From: Parcubacteria group bacterium RIFCSPHIGHO2_02_FULL_40_12
GTDB lineage: Bacteria > Patescibacteriota > Minisyncoccia > 2-02-FULL-40-12
DNA: 41,770 nt
Direction: 5' to 3'
NCBI GenBank assembly: GCA_001824375.1
Contig: MHXE01000001.1
Coordinates: 1-41,770 of the forward strand
This document shows, piece after piece, positions 16,857 to 25,545 of this stretch. The position numbers and the translations under genes are program-made. A model generated the notes under the pieces. The model had not been told where the DNA came from. It made no database searches and saw nothing but the letters and a program-made list of their open reading frames with translations. The stretch's first letter is position 1, and each line of letters begins with the position of its first letter.

Positions 16857-16909
16857 ATAGCCATAGCCAGAAAACACCTTCTTATTAAGTGCCTTTTGGC
16901 TATGGCTAT
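16857..16909. promoter_or_regulatory. perfect 13-bp inverted repeat ATAGCCATAGCCA-N27-TGGCTATGGCTAT upstream of the 156-aa gene
   Basis: Read directly from the sequence, 62-114 nt upstream of the ATG at 16795. Confidence 0.4.
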
Positions 16910-16993
16910 ATCTCGCAAATACATTATAAAAGTACCTATTTAAGCCGTTTCCAGCTTATAATCACATTAAATATCATTTTTTCGCTATTGTCA

Positions 16994-17121
16994 ATATACC
17001 GGCTATGCCGGTATATGTTTGCCTTTCTGGGCAAACGCCTACAGCGATTCCGCAACGAGCCGCAAGCGGCTCGGAGAAACCTTCGACGAGCGGGCATTTT
17101 TACGGTTAGCCGGTGCGCTAC
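16994..17121 (-). repeat. hairpin-repeat family 1, copy B (interrupted by a family-2 element)
   Basis: With 17041-17091 removed, about 61 nt align to the reverse complement of 3396-3479 with 6 mismatches. Four of the six are compensatory within one stem. Confidence 0.8.
17041..17091 (+). repeat. hairpin-repeat family 2, copy 1 (nested in family-1 copy B)
   Basis: ACAGCGATTCCGCA-[CGAGCCGC aa GCGGCTCG]-..AACCTTCGACGAGC. Both 14-nt ends are identical to the copy at 32861-32913. Confidence 0.8.
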
Positions 17122-17130
17122 AAGGTACTC

Positions 17131-17727
17131 TCACCCTTCTGGCCGGTCTTTGAATACCTTCAAAAGCGTCTTAGCTAAAATTTTGAAATCAAGCAATAGG
17201 GACTGACGCTCTAAATATTCTCGTTCGAAATTCATTTCTTCTTCAAAAGTCAGATGGGGATTGTATAACCGCGGCAGACAAGTGATTCCGGCTTTAGCCG
17301 CCACAACTTCAGGATACTGACTTATATATAAATTAACTTCTTCTGGTTCATGCGGCCGCGGCCCAACCAAACTTATATCTCCTTTTAAAACATTTATTAG
17401 AGACGGCAGTTCATCTAAAAAGTATCTTCTCAAAAATCGGCCGACTCGGGTGATCCGTGGGTCATTTTTCATTTTAAAAAATGGAGTGTCTTGTCGGTTA
17501 TTGAAGACTGCTAATTGGCCTTTTTGCAAATGAGCATCTTTAACCATTGAACGGAATTTAATGAAGTCGAATCCTTTGCCTCGGCTGACACGTTTCAATT
17601 TCACGAAAACAGAACCCTTGGAATCAAGTTTGATTAAAACGCCCATTATCAAAAAAAGGGGACTTAGAATAACTAAACCTAAAAAGGATAAAACTATGTC
17701 TAAAAACCGCTTGACTTTTAATTTCAT
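17131..17727 (-). CDS. undecaprenyl-phosphate sugar phosphotransferase (bacterial sugar transferase family)
   Basis: N-terminal TM segment. KMKNDPRITRVGRFLRRYFLDELPSLINVLKGDISLVGPRP is the family signature. Confidence 0.9.
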   Translation of the reverse strand: MKLKVKRFLDIVLSFLGLVILSPLFLIMGVLIKLDSKGSVFVKLKRVSRGKGFDFIKFRSMVKDAHLQKGQLAVFNNRQDTPFFKMKNDPRITRVGRFLRRYFLDELPSLINVLKGDISLVGPRPHEPEEVNLYISQYPEVVAAKAGITCLPRLYNPHLTFEEEMNFEREYLERQSLLLDFKILAKTLLKVFKDRPEG

Positions 17728-17744
17728 TTTGATACAATATATAT

Positions 17745-18126
17745 GTTCTTTGGTAAATCGGGCAGTCGCTCTTTGCTAACATTTTAGCAGAGGGAGGAAA
17801 GTCCGAACACCTACTTTGTTCACAAAGTTAAAAAGGTAGCGGGTAACGCCCGTCGCGAGTAATCGTAGAGGTGCGAACAGAGATGTCTTTGAACGAAAGT
17901 TCAAAGAAAGCAAACCCAAAGATTTGATTCTATCAAATTGAGCTTAGCTCGGTACAATGGGTTAAAAGTATCGGAGTGAAACAGCTAAATCCTTACCCAG
18001 GTGCAAGGCTGTGTCCTTCGGAGCTTTACGCGAAGGAGGAAATGCCGCTTGAGGCCAATGACAACATTGGTCCCAGATAAATGACTGCACAAATACAGAA
18101 TTCGGCTTACAGATTTACCAAGGAAC
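17745..18126 (+). ncRNA. rnpB: RNase P RNA (bacterial type)
   Basis: P4 strands GAGGAAAGTCCG and ACAGAATTCGGCTTA. P1 pairing GTTCTTTGGTAAATC / GATTTACCAAGGAAC. Confidence 0.92.
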
Positions 18127-18128
18127 AA

Positions 18129-18157
18129 CAAAAAAACCGATGTCTACCGGTTTTTTT
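18129..18157. terminator. possible bidirectional terminator between rnpB and rnhA
   Basis: AAAAAAACCG-atgtcta-CGGTTTTTTT. The stem is weak and mostly A-T. Confidence 0.4.
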
Positions 18158-18159
18158 GT

Positions 18160-18600
18160 TTATAAATCCAATTTTGACAACTCTTTATCTAAAGCCTGAT
18201 TAACCAACCTGTCCGCTCCCCGATTATCCTCTCGGGGAATATACTTAAAACCAACGCTTTTAAAATCCTGCTTCAAATTCCAAACTTCAAGGAAAAGTTC
18301 CTGTAGCCTCTTTTCTTTTATTTTATATTCCCCATTCAATTGATTAGCCAAAAGTTCACTGTCTAAATGAACCTCAATTTCAGCTTCTGATTTTGATTTT
18401 TCCTTGCCGATTAACTGCTTTAACTTTTTCAAAGCAAAAATTACGGCTTGATACTCGGCTTCGTTATTGGTCGCCTCGCCGATATATTCGCCGTATTTTT
18501 TAATTTCTGCTGGCCCCTTTATGACAACGCCGATCCCTGCCGGACCAGGATTCCCTCTTGAACCGCCGTCAATATAGATTGTATATTTCAAATTATTCAT
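18160..18600 (-). CDS. rnhA: ribonuclease HI
   Basis: YIDGGSRGNPGPAGIGVVI, NNEAEYQAVIFAL, DSELLANQ, REDNRGADRL. Confidence 0.85.
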   Translation of the reverse strand: MNNLKYTIYIDGGSRGNPGPAGIGVVIKGPAEIKKYGEYIGEATNNEAEYQAVIFALKKLKQLIGKEKSKSEAEIEVHLDSELLANQLNGEYKIKEKRLQELFLEVWNLKQDFKSVGFKYIPREDNRGADRLVNQALDKELSKLDL

Positions 18601-19444
18601 TTTTTATGAACTTCCATGGAAACGAATGACCGGCTGGAAAAGAAAAAGAAGCCGCACCCTTATGGCCACCGCCGCCATATTTTTTAGCAATTTCAGAAAC
18701 ATTAATTTTGCCATTTGACCTCAAAGAAACAAAAACTATGTCCTTCTTTTGCCTCCAAATAATAGCAAAAGGGAAAGATTGATAAAGTTTATAACCTAAT
18801 TCGCTTTTAATAAAATCTGGAGCATTGACCGCATAAACTTTATAACCTTCGAATTCGACTAAAATAGCAGTCTGAGCTAATTCATCTGTTATCTTCTTAT
18901 CGTATCTGGAAATTACCTCTCCTTTTAAAAGATACTCTTTTAATTTAGCAGGATCTTCAATTTCTAAAGCTACTTTATTAAATAATTCAAAACTAAAATC
19001 ATAAAGATTAAGTGCTGAAATAAAATTTCCTGTTTCTGGATATTTGAATTTCCAAATATCTATATCTTCTATAAAAAGTAAAAGTTTAGGAATGGGTTTT
19101 TCCGAATGAAAGTATTTCCAAGTCAAAACTGAACCAGAATGATTATTATCAAAAGAGTAATCTTGCGTCATTTTGGTAATTTCTTCTGCTGAAATATGGT
19201 GATCAATCGAAGTCAATCTTTTATTAATTTTTAAAAGTTTCTCGGTAATTTCTTTAGGCAAAGTTAAATCAAGGGTATAAATTTCCTTGTCTGAAAAATT
19301 ATCTGGATAAACACCACCATGACTAACTGGAATATAGATAGCCTTATCTCCAAACTTTTTCCAAGCCGCCCAAGCCGCACCAAAACCATCCCCACACTCT
19401 CCGTGATAAAGAATGACAATATCTTTGATAGTTTTATTCTCCAT
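18593..19444 (-). CDS. DHH/DHHA1 family phosphoesterase (NrnA-like)
   Basis: HGECGDGFGAAW, IDHHIS, GGGHKGAASF. Confidence 0.8.
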   Translation of the reverse strand: MENKTIKDIVILYHGECGDGFGAAWAAWKKFGDKAIYIPVSHGGVYPDNFSDKEIYTLDLTLPKEITEKLLKINKRLTSIDHHISAEEITKMTQDYSFDNNHSGSVLTWKYFHSEKPIPKLLLFIEDIDIWKFKYPETGNFISALNLYDFSFELFNKVALEIEDPAKLKEYLLKGEVISRYDKKITDELAQTAILVEFEGYKVYAVNAPDFIKSELGYKLYQSFPFAIIWRQKKDIVFVSLRSNGKINVSEIAKKYGGGGHKGAASFSFPAGHSFPWKFIKNE

Positions 19445-20564
19445 AATATCCTAATGCTTCTAAGCCGTGCAGTTTATTTTCTGCTAAAAACTCCAACATC
19501 GCCCCGCCGCCCGTAGAAACATAACTGAATTTGCCAAATAGGCCCAGTTTTTCAATCAAAGCCAAGGTATCGCCGCCGCCGACAACCGAAAACGCTTTTG
19601 ATCTGATTATTGAATCCAAAAGCATTTTCGTACCGACAGCAAAAACATCAATTTCAACTAAGCCCAGTGGCCCATTAAAAATTATGATTTTAGAATCCCT
19701 TATTATCTCTGAAAATTGCTTGATTGTTTCCGGACCGACGTCCAGAATATACTGATCATTTTTCAGGTTTTGAAGCTGTGTAATTTCCGGAGTTGATTCA
19801 CCGGTTTTGTCGTCCGAAACAGCTATATCTTCAGGAAGTAAAATTTTCGGGTCATCCCAATCAGTTTCCTTAAGTGCTTCTGTCACTTCCGAATCTTCAA
19901 TCAATGAACGACCGATATCCAGCCCTTTAAATTTAAAAATAGTATTAGCTAACGCCCCGCCGATTAAAATATGATCTGCCTTATTTAAAAAGTTTTTTAT
20001 TACAGGGATCTTAGTCGAAATCTTTGCTCCGCCTAAAATTATTGTTTTTCCGCTAGCCGGTTCGTTAAGAACTTTTTCAAGATTTTTAATCTCCTTATTC
20101 ATCAAAAAACCGACATACGGCGGTAAAAACTTTGTTATCGCCGAAACTGAAGTATGATTACGGTGCGAGACTGAAAAAGCGTCATCAACATATAAATCAA
20201 AATTTTTTGACAAATTCAAAGCAAAGTTATCGTCATTTTTTTCTTCGCCTTCATATTTCCTGATATTTTCAAAAAGAGTCAGTGGAGAATTAAGCGCTGG
20301 ATTCAATACATCATCTTCAAAACCAAGTTCATATCCTAGAATTTTTCCGATGTCCGAAACTATATTTTTAAAGCTATTTTCTATATGACTGATTAAAGCA
20401 ACTCTTGCTCCAGCCGAAATCAGATAATCTATTGTTTCTTTGTGAGCTTTAATCCTATAAATTTCTTTTAACCCCCCGCCTTCAACGGGCACATTAAAAT
20501 CGACTCTCAAAAAAACTTTTTTGCCATTCAAATTTTCTTTTCCGACTTCACTTAGAAACTTCAT
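19434..20564 (-). CDS. pgk: phosphoglycerate kinase
   Basis: RVDFNVP, SHRNHTS, GGAKISTKI, STGGGAMLEFL. Confidence 0.95.
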   Translation of the reverse strand: MKFLSEVGKENLNGKKVFLRVDFNVPVEGGGLKEIYRIKAHKETIDYLISAGARVALISHIENSFKNIVSDIGKILGYELGFEDDVLNPALNSPLTLFENIRKYEGEEKNDDNFALNLSKNFDLYVDDAFSVSHRNHTSVSAITKFLPPYVGFLMNKEIKNLEKVLNEPASGKTIILGGAKISTKIPVIKNFLNKADHILIGGALANTIFKFKGLDIGRSLIEDSEVTEALKETDWDDPKILLPEDIAVSDDKTGESTPEITQLQNLKNDQYILDVGPETIKQFSEIIRDSKIIIFNGPLGLVEIDVFAVGTKMLLDSIIRSKAFSVVGGGDTLALIEKLGLFGKFSYVSTGGGAMLEFLAENKLHGLEALGYYGE

Positions 20565-21243
20565 TTAATAAATTAATAAATTCTTCTTTACTCACGCTTG
20601 CTCCGCCAACCAAAACACCGCTGATTTCAGGCAAAGATATAAAATCCTTGACATTTTTAGAATCCACGCTGCCTCCGTAAAGAACTTTAATATTTACTAT
20701 GCTTTTTATAAAATTAACTGATTCGAGCGCTGTTTCAGGGGTGTCTGGTTCTGCCCCAGGATTAGTGCTTATCGCCCAGACCGGCTCATAAGCAATAAGG
20801 CATTTCTTTATTTGCTCGCCCGAAAGCCCGTCAAAAGTTGAATCTATCTGACCTTTTAAAAAACCTCTGAAACTTTCATCCCGCACTTTTTCGCCAATGC
20901 AGACAATCGGCGTAAAATTATGAACCAAGGCAAGTTTTAGTTTTTTATTTACTATTTCATCTGATTCTCCCAATCTCCAGCGTCGCTCCGAATGGCCAAT
21001 AATCACGTATTTAACGCCAAGCTGTCTAAGCATTTCTCCGGATACCTCGCCAGTTTGTCCGGGCTCGTCGCTAAAAGCGATGTCTTGAGCGCCAAGGATG
21101 GCGCCGGATTTAATTTTCGAGAGTTCTTCCAAATAAACGAACGGCGGACAGACTATAGCATTAGTACTTACCCGAAACAATTCTTCGGCTTCTTTTAAAG
21201 TTGATGGATTCATTTTCCAATTTGCAACAATGATTTTATTCAT
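20548..21243 (-). CDS. tpiA: triosephosphate isomerase
   Basis: [27 protein letters not shown]. Confidence 0.95.
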   Translation of the reverse strand: MNKIIVANWKMNPSTLKEAEELFRVSTNAIVCPPFVYLEELSKIKSGAILGAQDIAFSDEPGQTGEVSGEMLRQLGVKYVIIGHSERRWRLGESDEIVNKKLKLALVHNFTPIVCIGEKVRDESFRGFLKGQIDSTFDGLSGEQIKKCLIAYEPVWAISTNPGAEPDTPETALESVNFIKSIVNIKVLYGGSVDSKNVKDFISLPEISGVLVGGASVSKEEFINLLNEVSK

Positions 21244-21247
21244 AATT

Positions 21248-21859
21248 TCAGCTTCTGCGCTTTAAATGGCTGTAAATATACCAGATAATCCCAATCGCGA
21301 CGCCTCCTATTATAACAAAGTCAAATTTGCGGAAGTAGGGCGATAAAATATCCCAATTTTCTCCGGCCTTAAAGCCGATTAAAGCAAGGATAAAATTCCA
21401 GGGAAGAGAACCAAGAACGGTATATGAAACAAACTTTGAAAAATTCATTCTGGTTACTCCGGCTGGGATTGAAATAAAAGTCCTGGCTATCGGCAAAATC
21501 CGGCCGATAAAAACAATCTTACTGCCGTATTTTGAAAATATATCATCGGCGAAATCCAATTCATGGCTTGAAATCAAAATATACTTTCCATACTTTTCTA
21601 AAATCCACCGCCCGCCTTTTAAAGAAATAAGGTAAAGGAAAATTGATCCGACTGTATTGGCGATGGTTGCCACCGCTACTACCAACCAAAAACTGAACCT
21701 GCCCTGCTCGGCTAAAAAACCTGAAAAAGGAATAATCACTTCAGACGGAATAGGAATAGCGGCGCTCTCGAGGGCCGATAAAATAAAAATGCCAAAGTAT
21801 CCGCTTTGGTTAATTATACTCAAAGCCCACCTGCTTACACTCTCTACTAATTCAAACAT
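21248..21859 (-). CDS. DedA-family membrane protein
   Basis: Multi-TM protein with the PIPSEVIIPFSGFLA and GRILPIARTFISIPAG motifs. Confidence 0.85.
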   Translation of the reverse strand: MFELVESVSRWALSIINQSGYFGIFILSALESAAIPIPSEVIIPFSGFLAEQGRFSFWLVVAVATIANTVGSIFLYLISLKGGRWILEKYGKYILISSHELDFADDIFSKYGSKIVFIGRILPIARTFISIPAGVTRMNFSKFVSYTVLGSLPWNFILALIGFKAGENWDILSPYFRKFDFVIIGGVAIGIIWYIYSHLKRRS

Positions 21860-22859
21860 TGGCTTTTCTTAATTCTTCGGCGGCCATATCCGGATCAACT
21901 ACATTTATGTCTATCCCGGTGCCAAGCTCAAAACCGGCCGAGATTGAAAGCTTTGGCAGAATTTCAATGTGCCAGCTGTAAAACTCGTGAATTTTTTCAG
22001 AAGAAGAAGTTTCAACCGGCGCCGTATGAATGAAAAAATTGTAAGGCGGATCATTTAAAGCTTTTTTGATTTTTTTCAGACTGACTAAAAGAACATCGGC
22101 TAAATCGCCATCTAATCCATCAGGCATTCTTTCAAAATGGGCATGACTTTCCTTGGAAAATATTCTTACTTCGTAAGGCTTTTTGGAAACAAAAGGACAA
22201 AAAGCTATAAAGTTGTCATTTTCATAAATAATCCTTTTTTTCTGTTCTCTTTCCCAGTCAATTATCAAATCATAAACCCTTTTTTTATTGTCCTGATAAA
22301 ATTTAAGAGAGCCGTAGAAGCTTTTTGAGACATCCGGCGGAAGAATGGGAGTGGAAATAATTTGTGAGTGAGGATGATAAATACTGGCTCCGGCTTCCCG
22401 CCCTGAATTATGGAAAATCATAACATAATCAATGCACCCGCCAGATGACGCTATCTCCTGATACCTTCGCTTGTAAACCCTGACTGCTTCAGTCCCCTGT
22501 TCTCCGGTAAAATCAGAAAAATTAATATCATGGTCTTTAAAAATTATGACGTCATGCACACCAACGGCGTCGAAAATATTAAAGGGGCCGGTTTTCCAGT
22601 CCGGACCGCAAACACCCTGCTTCACTGCCGGATATTTATTTTTAATGACCATGGCTTGCCACTCTTTTTCATTCGGATAACCCCAAACAATCTCCTGGCC
22701 CGATTTTACAGGATCTTCAAAAGGACAATTTTCTTTCGATTTATAAACTGAATTTTCTTCTTCTTTTTTCCCGTTAGGCCTTTTCGCCCTTGCGGTAGAA
22801 AATAAAACCCAATCACTGGAAATAAGATCTTGGCGAAATTCATTCAATAATTTATCCAT
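21852..22859 (-). CDS. galT: galactose-1-phosphate uridylyltransferase (GalT, HIT superfamily)
   Basis: Active-site HPHSQI, a KNKYPAV segment and an N-terminal CPF motif. Confidence 0.85.
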   Translation of the reverse strand: MDKLLNEFRQDLISSDWVLFSTARAKRPNGKKEEENSVYKSKENCPFEDPVKSGQEIVWGYPNEKEWQAMVIKNKYPAVKQGVCGPDWKTGPFNIFDAVGVHDVIIFKDHDINFSDFTGEQGTEAVRVYKRRYQEIASSGGCIDYVMIFHNSGREAGASIYHPHSQIISTPILPPDVSKSFYGSLKFYQDNKKRVYDLIIDWEREQKKRIIYENDNFIAFCPFVSKKPYEVRIFSKESHAHFERMPDGLDGDLADVLLVSLKKIKKALNDPPYNFFIHTAPVETSSSEKIHEFYSWHIEILPKLSISAGFELGTGIDINVVDPDMAAEELRKANV

Positions 22860-22880
22860 ATTTATTTATTAGCTTTCCTT

Positions 22881-23603
22881 TCACTTGTTATTATAAACTC
22901 CTCTCAAAAAATTTATTTTTATCCTTAGAACCTCCAATAAAGTTTGGGGGTAATCCCTTAATTTTACTTTTGATTCCGGGTCATTAATCCAGTGAATCGG
23001 AACTTCTTTTATCTTATATTTTAATTTTCTTGCAATAGCCAAAGCCTCGTCATCAAAAGTCCAACCAGATTCTATCACTTTTGAAAAAATATCTTCAGCC
23101 GCTTTTTTAGTAAACATTTTAAAACCTCTCCTGGAATCCCAAATTCCAGGCAAAAGCCATAACTGAATCCAAAGGTTGCCAAATTTTCCAAACCAGCGTT
23201 TATAGAATTTCTCCGAATTGGCTAAAGTTGCCCCTTTAACTGCAATTGAAGCAATCACAACGCCATAGCCTTGATTAAAGTACGGCCAGAATTTATCCAA
23301 ATGATTTATAGCTGTCGAATTATCGGCGTCAGTAAAAAGCCGATAGTCGCCTTTCGCGCTAAGCACCCCCTGCCTAACCACATAGCCTTTACCATTGTTC
23401 TTTTTATTGTCTGTCAATCTGAACTCTTTGTTTTCGGAAGTAAATTTATTAACTACTTCAACCGTATTGTCTTTTGAACCATCCGAAACAATCAAAACTT
23501 CCCAGTCGTAGGACTGTTTGGATAAATAATCTCTTATTGAAATAAGAGTGCTGGTTATTCTTTTAGCTTCGTTGTAAGCAGGAATTATGACTGAAAGTCG
23601 CAT
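22881..23603 (-). CDS. glycosyltransferase family 2 (polyprenyl-phosphate glycosyltransferase-like)
   Basis: LSVIIPAYNE, VSDGSKDNT, FTDADNS. Confidence 0.85.
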   Translation of the reverse strand: MRLSVIIPAYNEAKRITSTLISIRDYLSKQSYDWEVLIVSDGSKDNTVEVVNKFTSENKEFRLTDNKKNNGKGYVVRQGVLSAKGDYRLFTDADNSTAINHLDKFWPYFNQGYGVVIASIAVKGATLANSEKFYKRWFGKFGNLWIQLWLLPGIWDSRRGFKMFTKKAAEDIFSKVIESGWTFDDEALAIARKLKYKIKEVPIHWINDPESKVKLRDYPQTLLEVLRIKINFLRGVYNNK

Positions 23604-23630
23604 AAAAAATTTAATCGCATATTACCAGTT

Positions 23631-24389
23631 TTATTCGGTTAATACCAGAGAGCCATTTTTGGTTATCGCCACCGTATGTTCAAAATGGGCTGACAAAGAA
23701 TTATCTTTTGTTTTCCAAGCCAAAGTGTTTTTGTCTTCAATCACTTCGTAAGAACCGGCGGATAGCATCGGCTCAATGGCAATAACCATTCCTTCTTTCA
23801 GCACCGGTCCCTTGCCTGGTTTCCCGAAATTAGGCACTTCCGGCTCCTCGTGCAATTCTTTACCGATGCCATGCCCGACCAAATCGCGAATCACCGAAAA
23901 TCCGTTTTTTTCGGCATATTTTTGAATAGCTGAACCGATATCACCCACGGTATTCCCGACTTTTGCCATTTTGATTCCTTTATTCAAAGATTCTCTAGTG
24001 ACTTTTATTAATTTCTCTTTCACTTCTGGTTCTTGATTATTCTCTATTGGTTTCACTAAAACAGTCTCTGCTGAATCAACATTTAAGCCTTTATACCTTA
24101 TTCCAAAATCAAGACTTACCAAATCACCGCCTGCTATTTTTCTTTTTGAAGGAAGGCAATGGACAATTTCTTCGTTTATTGAAACGCACAAAGCAGACGG
24201 ATAATCATGATAACCCAAAAAAGCCGGCTCTGCTCCGGCTTCTTCTGTTATTTTGCGGGCCAGTTCTTCCAAACTCCAAATCGTGATTCCTACTTTGGCT
24301 GCTGACGATAATTTTTTTAGAATCTCCGCTAAAATCTTTCCGCCCTCTTTCATAATTTTGATTTCTTCTTTGGTTTTGATGATAATCAT
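23631..24389 (-). CDS. map: type I methionine aminopeptidase
   Basis: Metal ligands in the D..D/H/E/E pattern: SLDFGIRYKGLNVDSA, GHGIG, IEP, FEHTV. Confidence 0.95.
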   Translation of the reverse strand: MIIIKTKEEIKIMKEGGKILAEILKKLSSAAKVGITIWSLEELARKITEEAGAEPAFLGYHDYPSALCVSINEEIVHCLPSKRKIAGGDLVSLDFGIRYKGLNVDSAETVLVKPIENNQEPEVKEKLIKVTRESLNKGIKMAKVGNTVGDIGSAIQKYAEKNGFSVIRDLVGHGIGKELHEEPEVPNFGKPGKGPVLKEGMVIAIEPMLSAGSYEVIEDKNTLAWKTKDNSLSAHFEHTVAITKNGSLVLTE

Positions 24390-25048
24390 AAACTTGCTTT
24401 GATGTCTCGAAAAACATTTTCAATCGGCTGTTCCCCATTAACTTCCTTCATCTTATATCCGCTTTTCTTGAAATAATCAATCACTGGTTGAGTGTCGCGG
24501 AGGTAAACCCGATACCGCTCCTTTATAATCTCCGGTTTATCTAATTCCCTGGTGATTATCTCCGAACCGTCTTCCGGACAAACTTTTATATTGGCAAACT
24601 CGGGAAAATTAGGGATCGGATGGCGGTTTTTGACGCAAATTCTTCTGGCACTGTTTCTTTTAACCGATTCTTCTTCGCTCAATTTTATTTCCACGGCCCC
24701 AATATTTTCCTTGCTGTAAATTTCAGATAAGTAAGTAAGATTTTGTTTCGTTTCTTCAAGGGTTCTGGCTGAACCGGAAAAAACAAAACCACTCGCCCGA
24801 TTTTTTAAATTTTCAACTTCTTCCCTAAACCATTTAGCTACAAGTTCTGGATGGACTAATTCCCCGGCAATCCAATGTTCTTTTTGGTGAGCGATTTCTT
24901 TATCAGACAGGTCAGCTTCCTTGAATTTTTTCTCAATGACTTTTGAAATCTCAAAATGATAAAAACCGAGCTCCTTGGCTAAAAGTTCGGCTTGAGTTCC
25001 TTTCCCTGACCCCGGCGGCCCGATAAGAAAAATAGCTTTAGATTGCAT
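24386..25048 (-). CDS. adk: adenylate kinase
   Basis: P-loop GPPGSGKGTQAELLAKELG and the canonical secY-adk-map position. Confidence 0.9.
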   Translation of the reverse strand: MQSKAIFLIGPPGSGKGTQAELLAKELGFYHFEISKVIEKKFKEADLSDKEIAHQKEHWIAGELVHPELVAKWFREEVENLKNRASGFVFSGSARTLEETKQNLTYLSEIYSKENIGAVEIKLSEEESVKRNSARRICVKNRHPIPNFPEFANIKVCPEDGSEIITRELDKPEIIKERYRVYLRDTQPVIDYFKKSGYKMKEVNGEQPIENVFRDIKASL

Positions 25049-25051
25049 ATT

Positions 25052-25264
25052 TTATATATTTTTCCACTCCTCAATGTTAATACCCGCTTGCCTTAATATT
25101 TCAGAAATTAAATCTTTTGAAATATCGCTATGGTGAGGATTGGGGATACGAATCTTTAATCTTTCTTTAACCATGAATAAATGACGGCCTCCTGAATAGG
25201 GGCCGTCAAATCCTAATCTTTTGAATTTTTGGACAAATTTTCTCCAAGAAATATTTTTAGGCAT
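25052..25264 (-). CDS. hicA: HicA/YcfA-family mRNA interferase toxin
   Basis: WRKFVQKFKRLGFDGPYSGGRHLFMV...IPNPHHSDISKDLISEILRQAGI. I prefer the MPKNIS start at 25264, which overlaps the hicB stop by 8 nt. Confidence 0.8.
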   Translation of the reverse strand: MPKNISWRKFVQKFKRLGFDGPYSGGRHLFMVKERLKIRIPNPHHSDISKDLISEILRQAGINIEEWKNI

Positions 25265-25502
25265 GCCGGGCCATAGAACGCCTGTCAAATTTCATTTCAA
25301 AACCAGGCACCCTTTCGCCTTCCTTTATTTTTAGTAAAATCCATCCTTCTAAAACTTCTTGAAGCTCTTTTCGGCAGTCCTCTAAATTTTTGGCATTGGC
25401 CCAAACACCCTTTATTCCGGGAATTTCTGCAAAATAGGTTCCATCTCTAAGAAGTTTATATTTCGCTTTTTTCAAATTTTTATTTATAAAATCAGTCAAC
25501 AT
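25257..25502 (-). CDS. hicB: HicB-like (UPF0150-type) antitoxin
   Basis: YFAEIPGIKGVWANAKNLEDCRKELQEVLEGWILLKIKEGERVP. I prefer the start at M31 of the track ORF, because residues 1-15 are a duplicated adk N-terminus. Confidence 0.7.
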   Translation of the reverse strand: MLTDFINKNLKKAKYKLLRDGTYFAEIPGIKGVWANAKNLEDCRKELQEVLEGWILLKIKEGERVPGFEMKFDRRSMARHA

Positions 25503-25508
25503 AAAAAC

Positions 25509-25537
25509 ATTATAGAGTATCTCCAAACTTATTTCAA
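25509..25537 (-). promoter_or_regulatory. near-consensus sigma-70 promoter TTGAAA-N17-TATAAT directly upstream of hicB
   Basis: Read on the minus strand. The -10 ends 6 nt before the ATG at 25502. Confidence 0.5.
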
Positions 25538-25545
25538 TAGCGCGC

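Noticed and set aside
16192-16877. Four additional ORFs overlapping the high-GC island: 16192-16635 (-), 16246-16458 (+), 16331-16756 (+) and 16659-16877 (-).
   Set aside because: Their Arg/Pro/Ser/Gly-rich, low-complexity translations are typical of off-frame or antisense reading of high-GC DNA. Only the 16325-16795 (-) frame has an RBS, balanced composition and a terminator.
15615-17130. An intact, active diversity-generating retroelement (RT, TR and VR).
   Set aside because: No template repeat matching 16325-16445 was found anywhere in the window, and no Avd-like gene is present. The RT lacks the motif A/B region and a start codon. It is reported instead as a fossil or trans-acting hypothesis.
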